Below, piece by piece: positions 9,148 through 20,362 of a DNA stretch of 64,000 nt. The notes beneath the pieces were generated by a model. That model was not told where the DNA came from. It worked only from the letters and a program-made list of their open reading frames with translations, and did no database searches. A program made the position numbers and the translations under genes. The first letter of the stretch is position 1. Each line of letters opens with the position of its first letter. The DNA lies in the sequence record NZ_CP096708.1; one strand, written 5' to 3'. Origin of the DNA: a plasmid.

Positions 9148-10633
9148 TACATTAGTAGCAATTGATGAATTCCACCATGTTTCAGCAGATGCTGACAATA
9201 TTCTAGGTACTGTTCTTAAATCTTTAATGGACAATACCACGGCTCATATTGTTGCGATGACAGGTTCATACTTCCGTGGCGATAGCGTTCCTGTACTTAC
9301 GCCTGAAGATGAAGCGAAGTTTGATAAAGTTTCTTTTAACTATTACGAACAACTCAATGGGTATAGCTATTTAAAGTCATTAGGCATTGGTTATCACTTC
9401 TATAAAGGCCGCTACTTTGCAGAAGATGATGAAGGGGTTATCGCAATTGCTGAAGTTTTAGATACCGATAAAAAAACCATAATTCACATTCCAAATGTAA
9501 ATTCAGGTGAATCAACCAAAGATAAATATGATGAAGTGGACGCGATCCTCGAAATCATTGGTGAATTTGTCGCTAAAGATCCTCATACTGGAATTATCAC
9601 CGTCAAGCGTGCAGATGGTAAGATCTTAAAAGTAGCAGACCTCGTTGAAGAAGATGGTCGTGATAAAGTTGTTGAATATCTACGTAACATTAAAACCGTA
9701 GATGATCTTGATCTCATCATTGCCCTAGGCATGGCGAAAGAAGGCTTTGACTGGCAATTCTGTGAACATGCTTTAACGATTGGTTATCGTGGCTCTTTGA
9801 CTGAAATTGTGCAGATTGTGGGACGTTGTACACGAGATAGCTCAAACAAATCACATGCGCAGTTTACCAATCTTATTGCTCAACCTGATGCACAGGATAC
9901 TGAAGTTAAATTTGCAGTAAACAACATGCTGAAAGCAATTACTGCATCTTTGTTAATGGAACAAATACTTGCACCAAACTTCAAGTTTAAAACCAAACGT
10001 GATGATGAAGATATTGTTCCGCCAGGAACACTAACGATTAAAGGTTTTAAAGAACCAAGCACGGCAAAAACAAAGGCGATTATTGAAAATGATCTTGTGG
10101 ATCTAAAAGCAGTGATTCTTCAAGATGCTAAAGTGATTGCAGGTTCAGCAGGTAAGGTTGAGCCTGAAGTGGTGAATAAAATCCTTATTCCCAAGATTAT
10201 CCAAACAAAATATCCTGACTTAACGAAAGCAGAACTTGAAGAAGTGAGTCAGTATTTAGTCGTGGACTCAGTGATTAGCACAGCAGAAGTCAAAGAAGTT
10301 GGCGATAAAAAGTTTATTCGAATGGCAGATAAATTTATCAATATCGAAGACCTGAATATTGATTTAATTCAATCTGTGAATCCTTTCCAAAAAGCGTTTG
10401 AAATCCTATCAAAAGAAGTCACAGTCAATGTGCTCAAATTGATTAAGGAAGCAATTGAAGCAACTAAGATTAGTATGACTCAAGAAGAAGCCATTGAGCT
10501 ATGGCCTAAGTTAAAAGCCTTCAAAGTTCAGTTTGGTCGTGAGCCTAGTCTAGAGTCAAATAACTTAATTGAAAAACGATTAGCCGAATGCCTAATCTAT
10601 ATCCGTGAGCAACGTAGACGAGCTGGAGTGTAA
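9148..10633 (+). pseudogene. SF2 DEAD/DEAH-type helicase, C-terminal portion (motifs II-VI), 5'-truncated by ISAba1
   Basis: The frame is open from the IS junction. Motif II DEFHH lies 8 codons from the junction. Motif VI QIVGRCTRD is present. Confidence 0.75.
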
Positions 10634-10636
10634 AAC

Positions 10637-10924
10637 GTGGAAGATTTTAGCTGGCTTCAAGATATGATTGCTGATGATGACTTAGGTCTTTTAAACGTAA
10701 AGAAAAAGATGTCTGCTCTAACGGCTGATGAGCAATTAGTCTCTAAGTTTAATGAAATTAATAATTTTGTGACACAGCATGGGCGTGTGCCTACGAAGAA
10801 TATGGCAAATATCACTGAATATATGCTCGCTAGCCGTCTAGAAGCAGTTCAAGCCAATCCAGAGCAATACATGGCTTTAGCAGATTATGATGAACATAAT
10901 TTGCTGCCACAACATCAGGATTAA
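10637..10924 (+). CDS. Hypothetical protein (95 aa) with N-terminal DDDLGLL motif
   Basis: GTG start. Shares the N-terminal motif with the next ORF. Confidence 0.4.
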   Translation: MEDFSWLQDMIADDDLGLLNVKKKMSALTADEQLVSKFNEINNFVTQHGRVPTKNMANITEYMLASRLEAVQANPEQYMALADYDEHNLLPQHQD

Positions 10925-10928
10925 AGAT

Positions 10929-11843
10929 ATGTCAGATATTAAATCACTTGAAGATATTTTTAATGATGATGATCTAGGTTTGCTCGATGATGGTAAAGAT
11001 GGTGACATCTTTAAAATTAAGCATGTGCCTGTCCAACGTGCAGCAGCAGATGAAGTTGCTAAACGTAAACGCTGTAAGGACTTTGATCAATTTGAGCATC
11101 TATTTAAAGATGTTCACAGAGAGCTTCGAGAAGGTAAGCGTAAGCTATTACCATTTCATGATAAAAGTTATCAGCTCGAAAAAGGCAGTTACTATGTTTT
11201 AAATGGTCTTTTGGTTTATTTGGCAGATTTTACATTTACTAGAGAAGATAAGACCGTTAATAAAGTCAGAACCAGAAAAGATGGTAGAACTAGAACTATT
11301 TTTGAAAATGGTACTGAATCCACAATGCTCTATCGATCACTAGCTAAAGCATTATATAACGATGGGCGAATTGTCTCTGAAACTAATGAGCAAGCAAATT
11401 CCAATTTCTATACTAATTTTGGTGGGATTACAGAAAATGATACATCTACTGGTTACATCTACATCTTGAAATCTCATAGTAAAGAACCAAAAATTCAGTC
11501 ACTTGAACATCTCTATAAAATTGGATTTTCAACCACAACTGTTGAAAAACGTATTGCTAATGCAAAAAAAGAACCGACTTATTTGATGGCTGACGTTGAA
11601 GTAATTGCTGAATATCAAGCATTCAATATTAATCCACAGAAGTTTGAATATTACTTACATGCTTTCTTTGGTGAGGCTTGCCTTGATTTATTGGTCGCAG
11701 ACAAAGGTGGTAAAAATCATCAACCTAAAGAATGGTTTATTGCGCCTTTAAATGTGATTCAACAAGCCGTTGAATTATTAGTAAATAGCCAAATTATGAA
11801 TTACAAATACAATAAGCTCACAAAAGAGATAGAATTAAAATAG
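10929..11843 (+). CDS. GIY-YIG/T5orf172-like domain protein (about 304 aa)
   Basis: Motifs GYIYIL...YKIGFS...E. N-terminal DDDLGLL repeat. Confidence 0.5.
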   Translation: MSDIKSLEDIFNDDDLGLLDDGKDGDIFKIKHVPVQRAAADEVAKRKRCKDFDQFEHLFKDVHRELREGKRKLLPFHDKSYQLEKGSYYVLNGLLVYLADFTFTREDKTVNKVRTRKDGRTRTIFENGTESTMLYRSLAKALYNDGRIVSETNEQANSNFYTNFGGITENDTSTGYIYILKSHSKEPKIQSLEHLYKIGFSTTTVEKRIANAKKEPTYLMADVEVIAEYQAFNINPQKFEYYLHAFFGEACLDLLVADKGGKNHQPKEWFIAPLNVIQQAVELLVNSQIMNYKYNKLTKEIELK

Positions 11844-11858
11844 TTTCATAATAAACCT

Positions 11859-11891
11859 ATGATAGAACTATGATAGAACTATGATAGAGCT
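11859..11891 (+). repeat. Three tandem 11-bp iterons ATGATAGA(A/G)CT upstream of parA-like gene (parC/operator candidate)
   Basis: Three consecutive direct repeats, 125 bp upstream of 12017. Confidence 0.6.
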
Positions 11892-12016
11892 ATAATGGGT
11901 TTATAAAACAACTAAAAAACATTTTTTTTAATTTTATTAATGTTCTATAATGCAACTTAAATAACCTATTGGTATATTCCTTCTATCCCTAGAAATATCT
12001 GAAAGAGTGAGAATAA

Positions 12017-12634
12017 ATGGCTGAAATAATTACTATTGCTAGTAGAAAGGGTGGGGTTGGAAAAACCACTATTGCAATAAATATGGTTGTTGCTTTAAGC
12101 AATAAAGGTAAAACTTTATTGGTAGATGCTGATGAACAACAATCTGCTATGAAATGGAATAAGCATCGGAAAGAAAAGATAGATGCTATATCCATACATA
12201 AGGATCTAATTGCTGAGTTGGAAAAACTAGATGGGGAGTATCAGTACATTCTCATAGATGTTGCTGGCCGTGATTCTGAAATATTTAGAGAAGCACTTCT
12301 TATCAGTGACAAGCTAATCGTACCCACTCAAGCAAGTCTTCTTGATTTAGATGTAATCCCTTATCTAAATGAAAAGGTTAAAACAGCTAAAAAAACCAAT
12401 CCAAACTTGGTTTCAATGGTTGTGATTAATAGAGCATCAACCAATGCCAAATCCAATGAAACAGAGCAGGCAAGAGAATTTGTTGCTGATTATGAGGAAT
12501 TCAAGTTATTGCAAACCACATTGCATGAACGAAAACAGTATAGAGATGCAGTTCTTGAATCAAAGAGTGTTCTTGAGATGGCGGCATCTAAAGCTAAAGA
12601 CGAATTAAATCAATTTCTAATTGAGGTGCTGTGA
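12017..12634 (+). CDS. parA: ParA-like ATPase (205 aa) of Tn2009 cargo
   Basis: Deviant Walker A KGGVGKTT. Confidence 0.8.
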   Translation: MAEIITIASRKGGVGKTTIAINMVVALSNKGKTLLVDADEQQSAMKWNKHRKEKIDAISIHKDLIAELEKLDGEYQYILIDVAGRDSEIFREALLISDKLIVPTQASLLDLDVIPYLNEKVKTAKKTNPNLVSMVVINRASTNAKSNETEQAREFVADYEEFKLLQTTLHERKQYRDAVLESKSVLEMAASKAKDELNQFLIEVL

Positions 12635-13029
12635 TGACTGGAAATAATACAAGCAACAAGTTTAAAGCTGCTAGAGAGAACAAGGATTTTGTGCAAGACG
12701 TTAATTCAGATGCAGCAGATCCAATGCCTAAACAAATTACTGTTACTAGCAGAAATAAAAGTCAAATAACCCTTGAGCAAAATACCCTAAGTCAACGAGA
12801 GAGATCCAGAGTTAAAAATGGTAGGAACTTAACGATTCCACTATTTGCAGAAGAACTTTTGATTATAGAAACTGCTGTTGAAAGCCTTTCTCAAAAAGAA
12901 GATGTTTCTATCAATAGCTTCATTAGAAGTATCGTTCTTGATAAGTGTAAGAAGGTGATAGGAAAAGATGCCTTCGATAAATTAAATGAAAACAAGCTAA
13001 ATGTTGTTAAAGCAAAAAAAGAAAAGTAG
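12631..13029 (+). CDS. ParG-like ribbon-helix-helix partner protein (132 aa)
   Basis: Translationally coupled to the ParA-like gene. RHH-like C-terminal region. Confidence 0.45.
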   Translation: MMTGNNTSNKFKAARENKDFVQDVNSDAADPMPKQITVTSRNKSQITLEQNTLSQRERSRVKNGRNLTIPLFAEELLIIETAVESLSQKEDVSINSFIRSIVLDKCKKVIGKDAFDKLNENKLNVVKAKKEK

Positions 13030-13178
13030 GAAAAGGAAACATTAGCCAGGATAAGATAGTGTTTGATTATCACACTATCTTTCCTACTCTACGCAAAATA
13101 CTTTTTTTTAATAAACATTGGAAAACATATTAACTTATTGAAAATAAATGTATTAATATAGAAAAAAATTGACATATT

Positions 13179-13691
13179 ATGCATCATCACACGAACATGG
13201 GGATGCGAGCTATGCAAGCTCGCGCCTTCGAATCTCGTAATAGTCAGTATTTGCTCTTAAAAGCCCCTCCTGCATCAGGTAAATCTCGTGCATTAATGTT
13301 TTTGGGTTTAGACAAGATACACAACCAAGGGTTAAGCAAAGTTATTGTAGCTGTACCTGAACGCTCAATTGGCGGTTCATTTGCTAGCACAAAACTAAGC
13401 GAAAGTGGCTTTTTTGCAGATTGGGATATCAAACCTGAAAACAACTTATGTACTGCTGGTGGCGATAAAAGCAAAGTAAAAGCCTTTAAACACTTTATGG
13501 AAGGTACAGATCAAATTTTAGTATGTACACATGCCACACTAAGATTTGCTTTTGAAGAGCTTGAAGATCATGTATTTAATAATACATTAGTCAAAATACA
13601 CGACAATTTTTGCAGAATCTGCCAGCCAATGATGTTCTCCTTACTGGTTCACGCGGCACAGGAAAATCTTCAATTGTCCGTGCCCTTTTAA
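13179..13691 (+). pseudogene. SF2 helicase N-terminal fragment (motifs I, Ia, Ib), 3'-truncated and fused out of frame to the truncated ATPase
   Basis: PPASGKS (motif I), VAVPER (Ia), ILVCTHATL (Ib). The frame then decays. Confidence 0.6.
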
Positions 13692-14251
13692 CCGAGTATA
13701 AAGATCAAGGATTACGTTTAATTGAAATTGAACGTGATGATCTGTCCGATCTTCCTGAAATCCAGAAGCTCATCCAGAAGCGTCCGGAAAAGTTCATTGT
13801 CTACTGCGATGATCTGGCCTTTAATGCTGAAGATGAAAACTATCGCAGCTTAAAAAGTGTACTTGATGGCTCATTACAGTCAGGTTCAAGTAATTTTATT
13901 ATTTATGCAACCAGCAACCGTCGACATCTGTTACCAGAATTTATGCATGAGAACACGCCAGTGACTCGTGTAGATGTACCGCAATATACCGAGTTGCATC
14001 CACAAGAAGCCATTGAGGAAAAAATTTCACTCTCGGATCGTTTTGGAATGTGGCTTTCATTCTATCCAATGGATCAAAACCTGTATTTAACCATTGTAGA
14101 ACACTATCTTGCTAAAACAGATATGCCAATGAATGACGAAGCCCATGCTGAAGCCCTACGCTGGTGTCAGGCACGTGGTCAACGGTCAGGACGTGCCGCC
14201 TATCAGTTCTCTAAACACTGGATTGGATCACAACAACTAAAAGCACTGTAA
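13610..14251 (+). CDS. AAA-family ATPase (5'-truncated; the truncated ATPase of blaOXA-23 transposons)
   Basis: Walker A GSRGTGKSS. Convergent with blaOXA-23. Confidence 0.75.
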   Translation: MQNLPANDVLLTGSRGTGKSSIVRALLTEYKDQGLRLIEIERDDLSDLPEIQKLIQKRPEKFIVYCDDLAFNAEDENYRSLKSVLDGSLQSGSSNFIIYATSNRRHLLPEFMHENTPVTRVDVPQYTELHPQEAIEEKISLSDRFGMWLSFYPMDQNLYLTIVEHYLAKTDMPMNDEAHAEALRWCQARGQRSGRAAYQFSKHWIGSQQLKAL

Positions 14252-14300
14252 AATTTTAAACTAGAAAAATTAACAGGTTTCATTATTAGTCAGATTATAA

Positions 14301-14329
14301 AAGGCCCATTTATCTCAAATGGGCTTTTT
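14301..14329. terminator. Bidirectional rho-independent terminator between ATPase and blaOXA-23
   Basis: GGCCCATTT-ATCTCAA-ATGGGCC stem followed by TTTTT. Confidence 0.6.
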
Positions 14330-14355
14330 ATAAAATTAGAGTTTCTGTCAAGCTC

Positions 14356-15237
<882 letters not shown>

Positions 15238-15244
15238 TCATTGA

Positions 15245-15271
15245 AATAATGTCATAATAATTGTTTTCTAA
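15245..15271 (-). promoter_or_regulatory. ISAba1 outward promoter (-35 TTAGAA, -10 TTATTT) driving blaOXA-23
   Basis: Hexamers lie inside the ISAba1 end. The IS ends 34 bp upstream of the blaOXA-23 ATG, the classical junction. Confidence 0.8.
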
Positions 15272-15282
15272 CGACGAATACT

Positions 15283-15852
15283 ATGACACATCTCAATGAG
15301 TTATATCTTATCTTAAACAAATATCTAAAATGGAACAAGTCACATTTAAAGTGCTTTGCGCTCATCATGCTTGTGATTATTTTAAAGCAAACATGTAATC
15401 TTTCTTCTGCATCTAAAGCCTTGCCCATCAAGTGCTTACCACAATCATTTTATCGACGTATGCAGCGCTTCTTTGCAGGTCAGTATTTTGATTATCGTCA
15501 AATTTCTCAGTTGATTTTCAATATGTTTTCATTCGACCAAGTGCAACTGACTTTAGATAGAACCAATTGGAAATGGGGAAAACGAAATATTAATATCCTG
15601 ATGCTCGCAATCGTTTATCGTGGAATAGCGATACCTATCCTTTGGACATTGCTTAATAAACGTGGAAATTCAGATACGAAAGAGCGTATTGCTTTGATTC
15701 AACGCTTTATAGCCATTTTTGGTAAAGACCGTATTGTGAATGTGTTCGCAGACAGAGAGTTTATCGGTGAGCAGTGGTTTACATGGTTAATTGAACAAGA
15801 CATCAACTTCTGCATTCGTGTTAAAAAAACTTCATTGTCACCAATCATTTAG
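15283..15852 (+). CDS. tnpA: ISAba1 transposase OrfA
   Basis: As copy 1. Confidence 0.9.
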   Translation: MTHLNELYLILNKYLKWNKSHLKCFALIMLVIILKQTCNLSSASKALPIKCLPQSFYRRMQRFFAGQYFDYRQISQLIFNMFSFDQVQLTLDRTNWKWGKRNINILMLAIVYRGIAIPILWTLLNKRGNSDTKERIALIQRFIAIFGKDRIVNVFADREFIGEQWFTWLIEQDINFCIRVKKTSLSPII

Positions 15853-15926
15853 GAAAGAATCATAAAATTAGTGATTTATTTCGCCATCTTAAAGTTGGTC
15901 AAATTGAATGTCGTAAACGACGGATT

Positions 15927-16373
15927 TTGGTTGGTCGGGTGAAACTATATATAAGTGCACTACAGTTAGAAAATGGAGAGCTTTTACTCGTCGTTTCTCC
16001 TCAGTTTAATGCCAATGCTATTCAGGATTATGCATTACGCTGGGAAATTGAAACCTTATTCAGTTGTCTCAAAGGACGCGGGTTTAATCTTGAAAATACG
16101 CGCTTGACAGACCCTAGACGAGTGAAAAAATTGATTGCGGTGTTAGCTATAAGCTTCTGTTGGTGTTACTTAACGGGTGAATGGCAACATGATCAAAAAA
16201 AAGCGATAAAAATAAAGAAGCATGGACGACTCTCAATGAGTTTATTTCGCTATGGTTTAGACTATGTTCAAATGGCGATTCAGCGTTTAATTGGTTTTGG
16301 GAAAAAAGAAGAGTTTAAGGAAATTTTGGCAATTTTAAGAAGGCAGAATCCTGATAGGATAAGGGTTCTGTGA
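15927..16373 (+). CDS. tnpA: ISAba1 transposase OrfB part
   Basis: As copy 1. Confidence 0.85.
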   Translation: MVGRVKLYISALQLENGELLLVVSPQFNANAIQDYALRWEIETLFSCLKGRGFNLENTRLTDPRRVKKLIAVLAISFCWCYLTGEWQHDQKKAIKIKKHGRLSMSLFRYGLDYVQMAIQRLIGFGKKEEFKEILAILRRQNPDRIRVL

Positions 16374-16391
16374 AATTTGTCGTGTACAGAG

Positions 16392-16856
16392 GAACATCTA
16401 GATGAAATACTAGAATCATTTAAAAAACGAGTTGAGGAGGGGAAGTTTATTGCAATGCCTGATCTTCAACGAAGTATTGAAATGCGCGAATGTGACCACC
16501 TAATTGATCTTCACGAGAATAATATTTCATATTATCCGAACCTCATTAGTAAAGTGGATCATTCTTATAATTTTAATGGCAACATAAAACCTAATCAGAA
16601 ACATGTAACTTGTGTTTTAGGGAAATTACTCAACTCAGCAGTTCCTGAAAACTATCTAAACAATTTTGCTTTCTCACTTTATAGAGAAAAAATTACCAGT
16701 GCCGATTACAAAGAGTTTGTTAAAACAATAAATGCTGATGGTGTTGTTACTTATTCCGAAGCTATCGAATTATATAATCGGATTCACAAAAGAGAGAGTG
16801 AAAAAAGATCAACAGAATCATTGTCAGATAAAGTAGCGAGATTTTTTAATGAATAA
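16392..16856 (+). pseudogene. 3' part of the lipoprotein gene split by Tn2009
   Basis: In frame with 7848-7967 across the target duplication. Confidence 0.7.
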
Positions 16857-17286
16857 TGAAATTCATAATCTCCTAGCTAAGTCGGATAGTGAAATTTCGA
16901 ATCTAGCTAAAAAACCTGTATTGCATACTGAATTTAAAAGATTTCAAAAACAGCTAGAAATGATACTGTTATATTTCCATGTTCTACCTGAATCAATTCA
17001 ATGGAATTTTGAAAAAGGTATTATGTTTCCTGAATTTAATGGCGAAATCATGATTCATAGTTCTGGATATGGCTATGGTGATGCTGGCTATTTCTTTGCT
17101 CTTGTAGATAAATTTCAGTTAGCAATGTTTATCAATCTATATTTTTGGCAGACCAGCAGAGATCATTATAACGAGCTGTATTTGGATGAATTACATAATT
17201 TATGTTGTTCTGTCGTTGATTATCTCCAAGATTTTATCAAGCAAAATAATATTGATTTAACAAGTTGTATCATAACTGATCATTAG
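16849..17286 (+). CDS. Hypothetical protein (145 aa)
   Basis: Overlaps the previous stop (ATGAATAATGAA). Confidence 0.5.
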   Translation: MNNEIHNLLAKSDSEISNLAKKPVLHTEFKRFQKQLEMILLYFHVLPESIQWNFEKGIMFPEFNGEIMIHSSGYGYGDAGYFFALVDKFQLAMFINLYFWQTSRDHYNELYLDELHNLCCSVVDYLQDFIKQNNIDLTSCIITDH

Positions 17287-17472
17287 GGCGTTCCCTTCGG
17301 GACAGGCTTGTTGGCTTCGCTCGAACTCAAACCTAAAACGTTGGTCACAGTGTTTAAAATCTAGTTTCATGCATAGCATGAACCTGATTTTAATACACCG
17401 CAGAACCAACGTTTTTTTACGCTTTGATTTCGCCCCTTCGGGCAACATCCCTAACGCCAATATCGAATACCT
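17286..17472 (+). repeat. Structured repeat family A, copy 1 (187 bp): hairpins with CUUC loops at both ends, internal long-range IR AACGTTGG/CCAACGTT, T-run
   Basis: More than 95% identical to 20363-20548. Confidence 0.85.
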
Positions 17473-17592
17473 ATTGCTAAATCTGTTCTGACTAGGATCA
17501 CTGCTGTACTCTCTATTCGTGCTTAAAACGCAAATGAGGCCCTTCTGGACGCATTCTATGTGGGATCCCGTATTCTATCCATTCCATGCAGA

Positions 17593-17783
17593 GCAGCTGC
17601 CATAGATAGATGCATCTATGTAATCAGGAACTAGGGCTTTGTAAGAGTGGCCATCATAGATAAAAACGTCTATGGCCGTGGCAAACTTAGCTTCAGTATA
17701 GATAAATATGTCTATGCTCGATTTACCTGGAAACATAGTCAAGTCTATCTATGCGCTTATGCTTTCTAGTGCGGATCCGCAAC
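17593..17783 (+). repeat. Repeat family C, copy 1 (191 bp): four ATAGA-N5/6-TCTAT inverted-repeat sites, ending in a near-copy of the 16-bp palindrome
   Basis: About 98% identical to 59524-59714. Partial copy at 30823-30904. Confidence 0.85.
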
Positions 17784-17786
17784 CTG

Positions 17787-17967
17787 GAGTCGCAACTCTG
17801 CGAGATTGCTCTGTAAAGGCCGTGTAGTGCCAAATAAAGGCAGTTGCGTTGCTGCGGTCAGCTCGACTTAATCACAGATTAAGTCGGCTTCGCTTGCAAC
17901 CTGCAACGGTAATCAAGGAGGGAAGATACTTGAATTTCACCAGTTCGCAACGTAGACACGTTGCTCT
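17787..17967 (+). repeat. Repeat family B, copy 1 (181 bp): perfect 9-bp stem CGACTTAAT-CACAG-ATTAAGTCG, SD-like AAGGAGGG near 3' end
   Basis: About 98% identical to 20598-20778. Inverted partial copy at 59311-59439. Confidence 0.85.
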
Positions 17968-18051
17968 GTTTATTATGGTGAAATAGCCTTAAAGCAAAAT
18001 ACATGACCCTAGCATAAGCTAGGGGTTTTGTTATTTTCCAATCTTAGTATC

Positions 18052-18306
18052 CTATACTTTTCCAAGTACATTGGATGCTATCTTTTCTAGTAAGGCGCTA
18101 TGTTGATCAGAAATATCTTCGATATACATTTTATATTCATTAAGATCAATGACATTAGCAAGACCCAAACCAGTCACTAACCCTTTTGCATAATGCATTG
18201 TTTCATTCAGTTGACGCTGTTGATTAAATTTTGAGTCTAATGATAAAGCATCTTCCATGTTTTTTATGGAACTCTCAATTTGATTAATTATGAAATCTTT
18301 ATACAT
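18052..18306 (-). CDS. Hypothetical protein (84 aa)
   Basis: ORF with RBS. Opposite orientation to its neighbours. Confidence 0.35.
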   Translation of the reverse strand: MYKDFIINQIESSIKNMEDALSLDSKFNQQRQLNETMHYAKGLVTGLGLANVIDLNEYKMYIEDISDQHSALLEKIASNVLGKV

Positions 18307-18414
18307 GTTGCTGGATCCTGCACTTTAATTAATATGCTATCAAAACCATATAATTATTTTACCACTAATTTAAATAAAATAACAATTAATTTACTTATAA
18401 TTTTAAAAATAGGT

Positions 18415-18449
18415 TATAATATTTTCATGGAATCGGATAGGCTGATTCC
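18415..18449 (+). promoter_or_regulatory. Promoter (TATAAT) plus conserved box GGAATCGGATAGGCTGATTCC
   Basis: Second copy of the parA-type promoter/box. Confidence 0.5.
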
Positions 18450-18479
18450 TATTAGAGCCGTGAGGCTTAAGGTGAAGAA

Positions 18480-18923
18480 ATGAAAAATGATTTAGTTTTA
18501 AGTTATACCCTTTCTAATGGTGAAACTCATTTTTATGGCTATTTTATACATCGCAATGATGGTTCGCTTACATCTGGTTTCAATCAAACACCAGAGGAAG
18601 TTATTGAAGGGCTTAAACAACGTTATGGCGAGCGATTAGTCTCAACATCACTAGATGATGAAATTGAATATTTCAAAAAGGAGTTAGAGTTTTTAATTCC
18701 AAAGCAAATTGACGAAGAAGAATATAAAAGTAAATTCAATATATTACCTCCTGCAAAAATGTATAAGAGTGAGTCGGTAGAAGCATTCATGTGTACAGAG
18801 CCGTTAGCTATCAATCTGTATACCCATTTCGTTAATTTTCCTAAGCATAAAAAGGCTTTCCAGATCGTAGCGTTTGGAAATACGCCAATAACAGACGTTA
18901 TCAAACAAGCAGAACATTTTTGA
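18480..18923 (+). CDS. Hypothetical protein (147 aa)
   Basis: Hairpin-SD GAGCCGTGAGGCTTAAGGTG (18455-18474; GNRA-type loop GTGA). Confidence 0.6.
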   Translation: MKNDLVLSYTLSNGETHFYGYFIHRNDGSLTSGFNQTPEEVIEGLKQRYGERLVSTSLDDEIEYFKKELEFLIPKQIDEEEYKSKFNILPPAKMYKSESVEAFMCTEPLAINLYTHFVNFPKHKKAFQIVAFGNTPITDVIKQAEHF

Positions 18924-18985
18924 TTTTCATGGGGTAGAAATACCCCAATTTTAATTAATGAGCTGAAAAGCTTAAGGTGAAATTT

Positions 18986-20038
18986 ATGAAAAATATTACT
19001 GATTCAATTATTCAAAAACTAGGTCTAATTACGTTTGAAGAGTTAGAAAAAGGCGATTTAGAAATATTTACTAACTTTGATACGTGTAAGGTAATTATCA
19101 AGGAAATTAAAAAAAATTGGAGTGAAGAAAAAGTATTTAAAATTTTGTTCGATGCTCTTAACGGCGACTTTATCTATTGTAACTCACAACAAGAATTACA
19201 AGCATTTATTAAGTACTTCAAGACTACTAATAAACAATCGAATAAAGCTGAGCAACATTTCTTTGTACAGCCAACTAAACCCTACATGGTTGATCCCAAA
19301 AAACGCTATTTCATTGCCAATCTAGCAGTTCCCAATCTTCAAATTGAAAACTTAAAGGATGTTGATAATTTAACGAGTCGAGAAGTGGAATTTATAAATA
19401 AAGTTAAAGATGGTTTTGCAAATCCTGACATTGACAAGTCTTTCCTAAACTTTTTAGAGGACTATAAAAAAATAGTTGCAGCAGAGTACCAGAGGAAAAC
19501 AAACCAAAATAAAAAAGCAATGGATGAAATTGAATGGTTCATTGGCAATGGCTTTTTTATTCCTGAGCAAATTCTCAAGTACGAAGATAAAAACAAAATC
19601 CTCGATATCATTGTGTACTGCAATATTGCAGCTTTGAATTGGTTGTTGATCCCAAGTAACTTGTCTAAATATGAAAATATTCATCAAAACGACTTGTTAG
19701 CTTTAACCAAATATTTGTACCTGATGCAAACAATATTGGCAGAAACTGAAATCACAAAATTAAGAAGTGGCGATGTAGAGGAATATTGTTTTAGGAAAAA
19801 AGGATATTATTTTTTAGATGAATTAAGTAGTGAAGAGATTGATCATTATTGTGAGGGAGAAGATTATGAAGTCTGGATTGTAAAATCTAAAGATAATGAA
19901 ATCGAACCTGAAACCGCAGAAAAAGCCTATGATGCATATGGAAATAGTTACGCATACGACTTAAAAGAACTAAAGGATACTTTGCAAAAATTTATATCCT
20001 TAAATGAAGTGCAGTTTTTACTTTACAAAAAGATTTAA
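18986..20038 (+). CDS. Hypothetical protein (about 350 aa)
   Basis: Hairpin-SD GAGCTGAAAAGCTTAAGGTG (18960-18979). The ATG at 18986 is preferred over the track start at 18977. Confidence 0.6.
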   Translation: MKNITDSIIQKLGLITFEELEKGDLEIFTNFDTCKVIIKEIKKNWSEEKVFKILFDALNGDFIYCNSQQELQAFIKYFKTTNKQSNKAEQHFFVQPTKPYMVDPKKRYFIANLAVPNLQIENLKDVDNLTSREVEFINKVKDGFANPDIDKSFLNFLEDYKKIVAAEYQRKTNQNKKAMDEIEWFIGNGFFIPEQILKYEDKNKILDIIVYCNIAALNWLLIPSNLSKYENIHQNDLLALTKYLYLMQTILAETEITKLRSGDVEEYCFRKKGYYFLDELSSEEIDHYCEGEDYEVWIVKSKDNEIEPETAEKAYDAYGNSYAYDLKELKDTLQKFISLNEVQFLLYKKI

Positions 20039-20099
20039 GACGCATAAAGGTCACATCATTTGATTGGTGTGACCACAATTATTTCAGGGTAGAGCACGA

Positions 20100-20297
20100 A
20101 TGAAAAATGAATATTCTGATTCAGAACTAGAAAAACTGTGGTGTGAATTAAGCAAAATAGCTATTGCGGTAAATGAAAATTTTATTGAACAAGACTTCAT
20201 ATTTTTTGAAGCAGGTACAGACATAATTGAAATTTGGATTTGGTTCGATCAGTTACATTCAAAAGGGGTTAAATGGCTGCAAGATAATATTGATTAG
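20100..20297 (+). CDS. Small acidic protein (65 aa)
   Basis: ORF with RBS-like GGGTAGAGCACGA. Confidence 0.35.
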   Translation: MKNEYSDSELEKLWCELSKIAIAVNENFIEQDFIFFEAGTDIIEIWIWFDQLHSKGVKWLQDNID

Positions 20298-20306
20298 CAA
20301 GATCTA

Positions 20307-20322
20307 GTTGCGGATCCGCAAC
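20307..20322. repeat. 16-bp palindrome GTTGCGGATCCGCAAC (copy 4)
   Basis: Exact. Followed by TATTTTTT, then repeat A copy 2. Confidence 0.9.
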
Positions 20323-20362
20323 TATTTTTTAAATTAATATTTTTTTCTTTATCTTTCTTTAT

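Noticed and set aside
10987-11202. 71-aa ORF overlapping the GIY-YIG-like gene, and 12891-13073 overlapping the ParG-like gene.
   Set aside because: Nested, with no RBS, and AT-rich frame noise.
17286-17472. Repeat A as a tRNA, tmRNA or group II intron fragment.
   Set aside because: No cloverleaf, anticodon arm or T-loop consensus could be drawn. No intron domain V or VI features and no RT ORF nearby.
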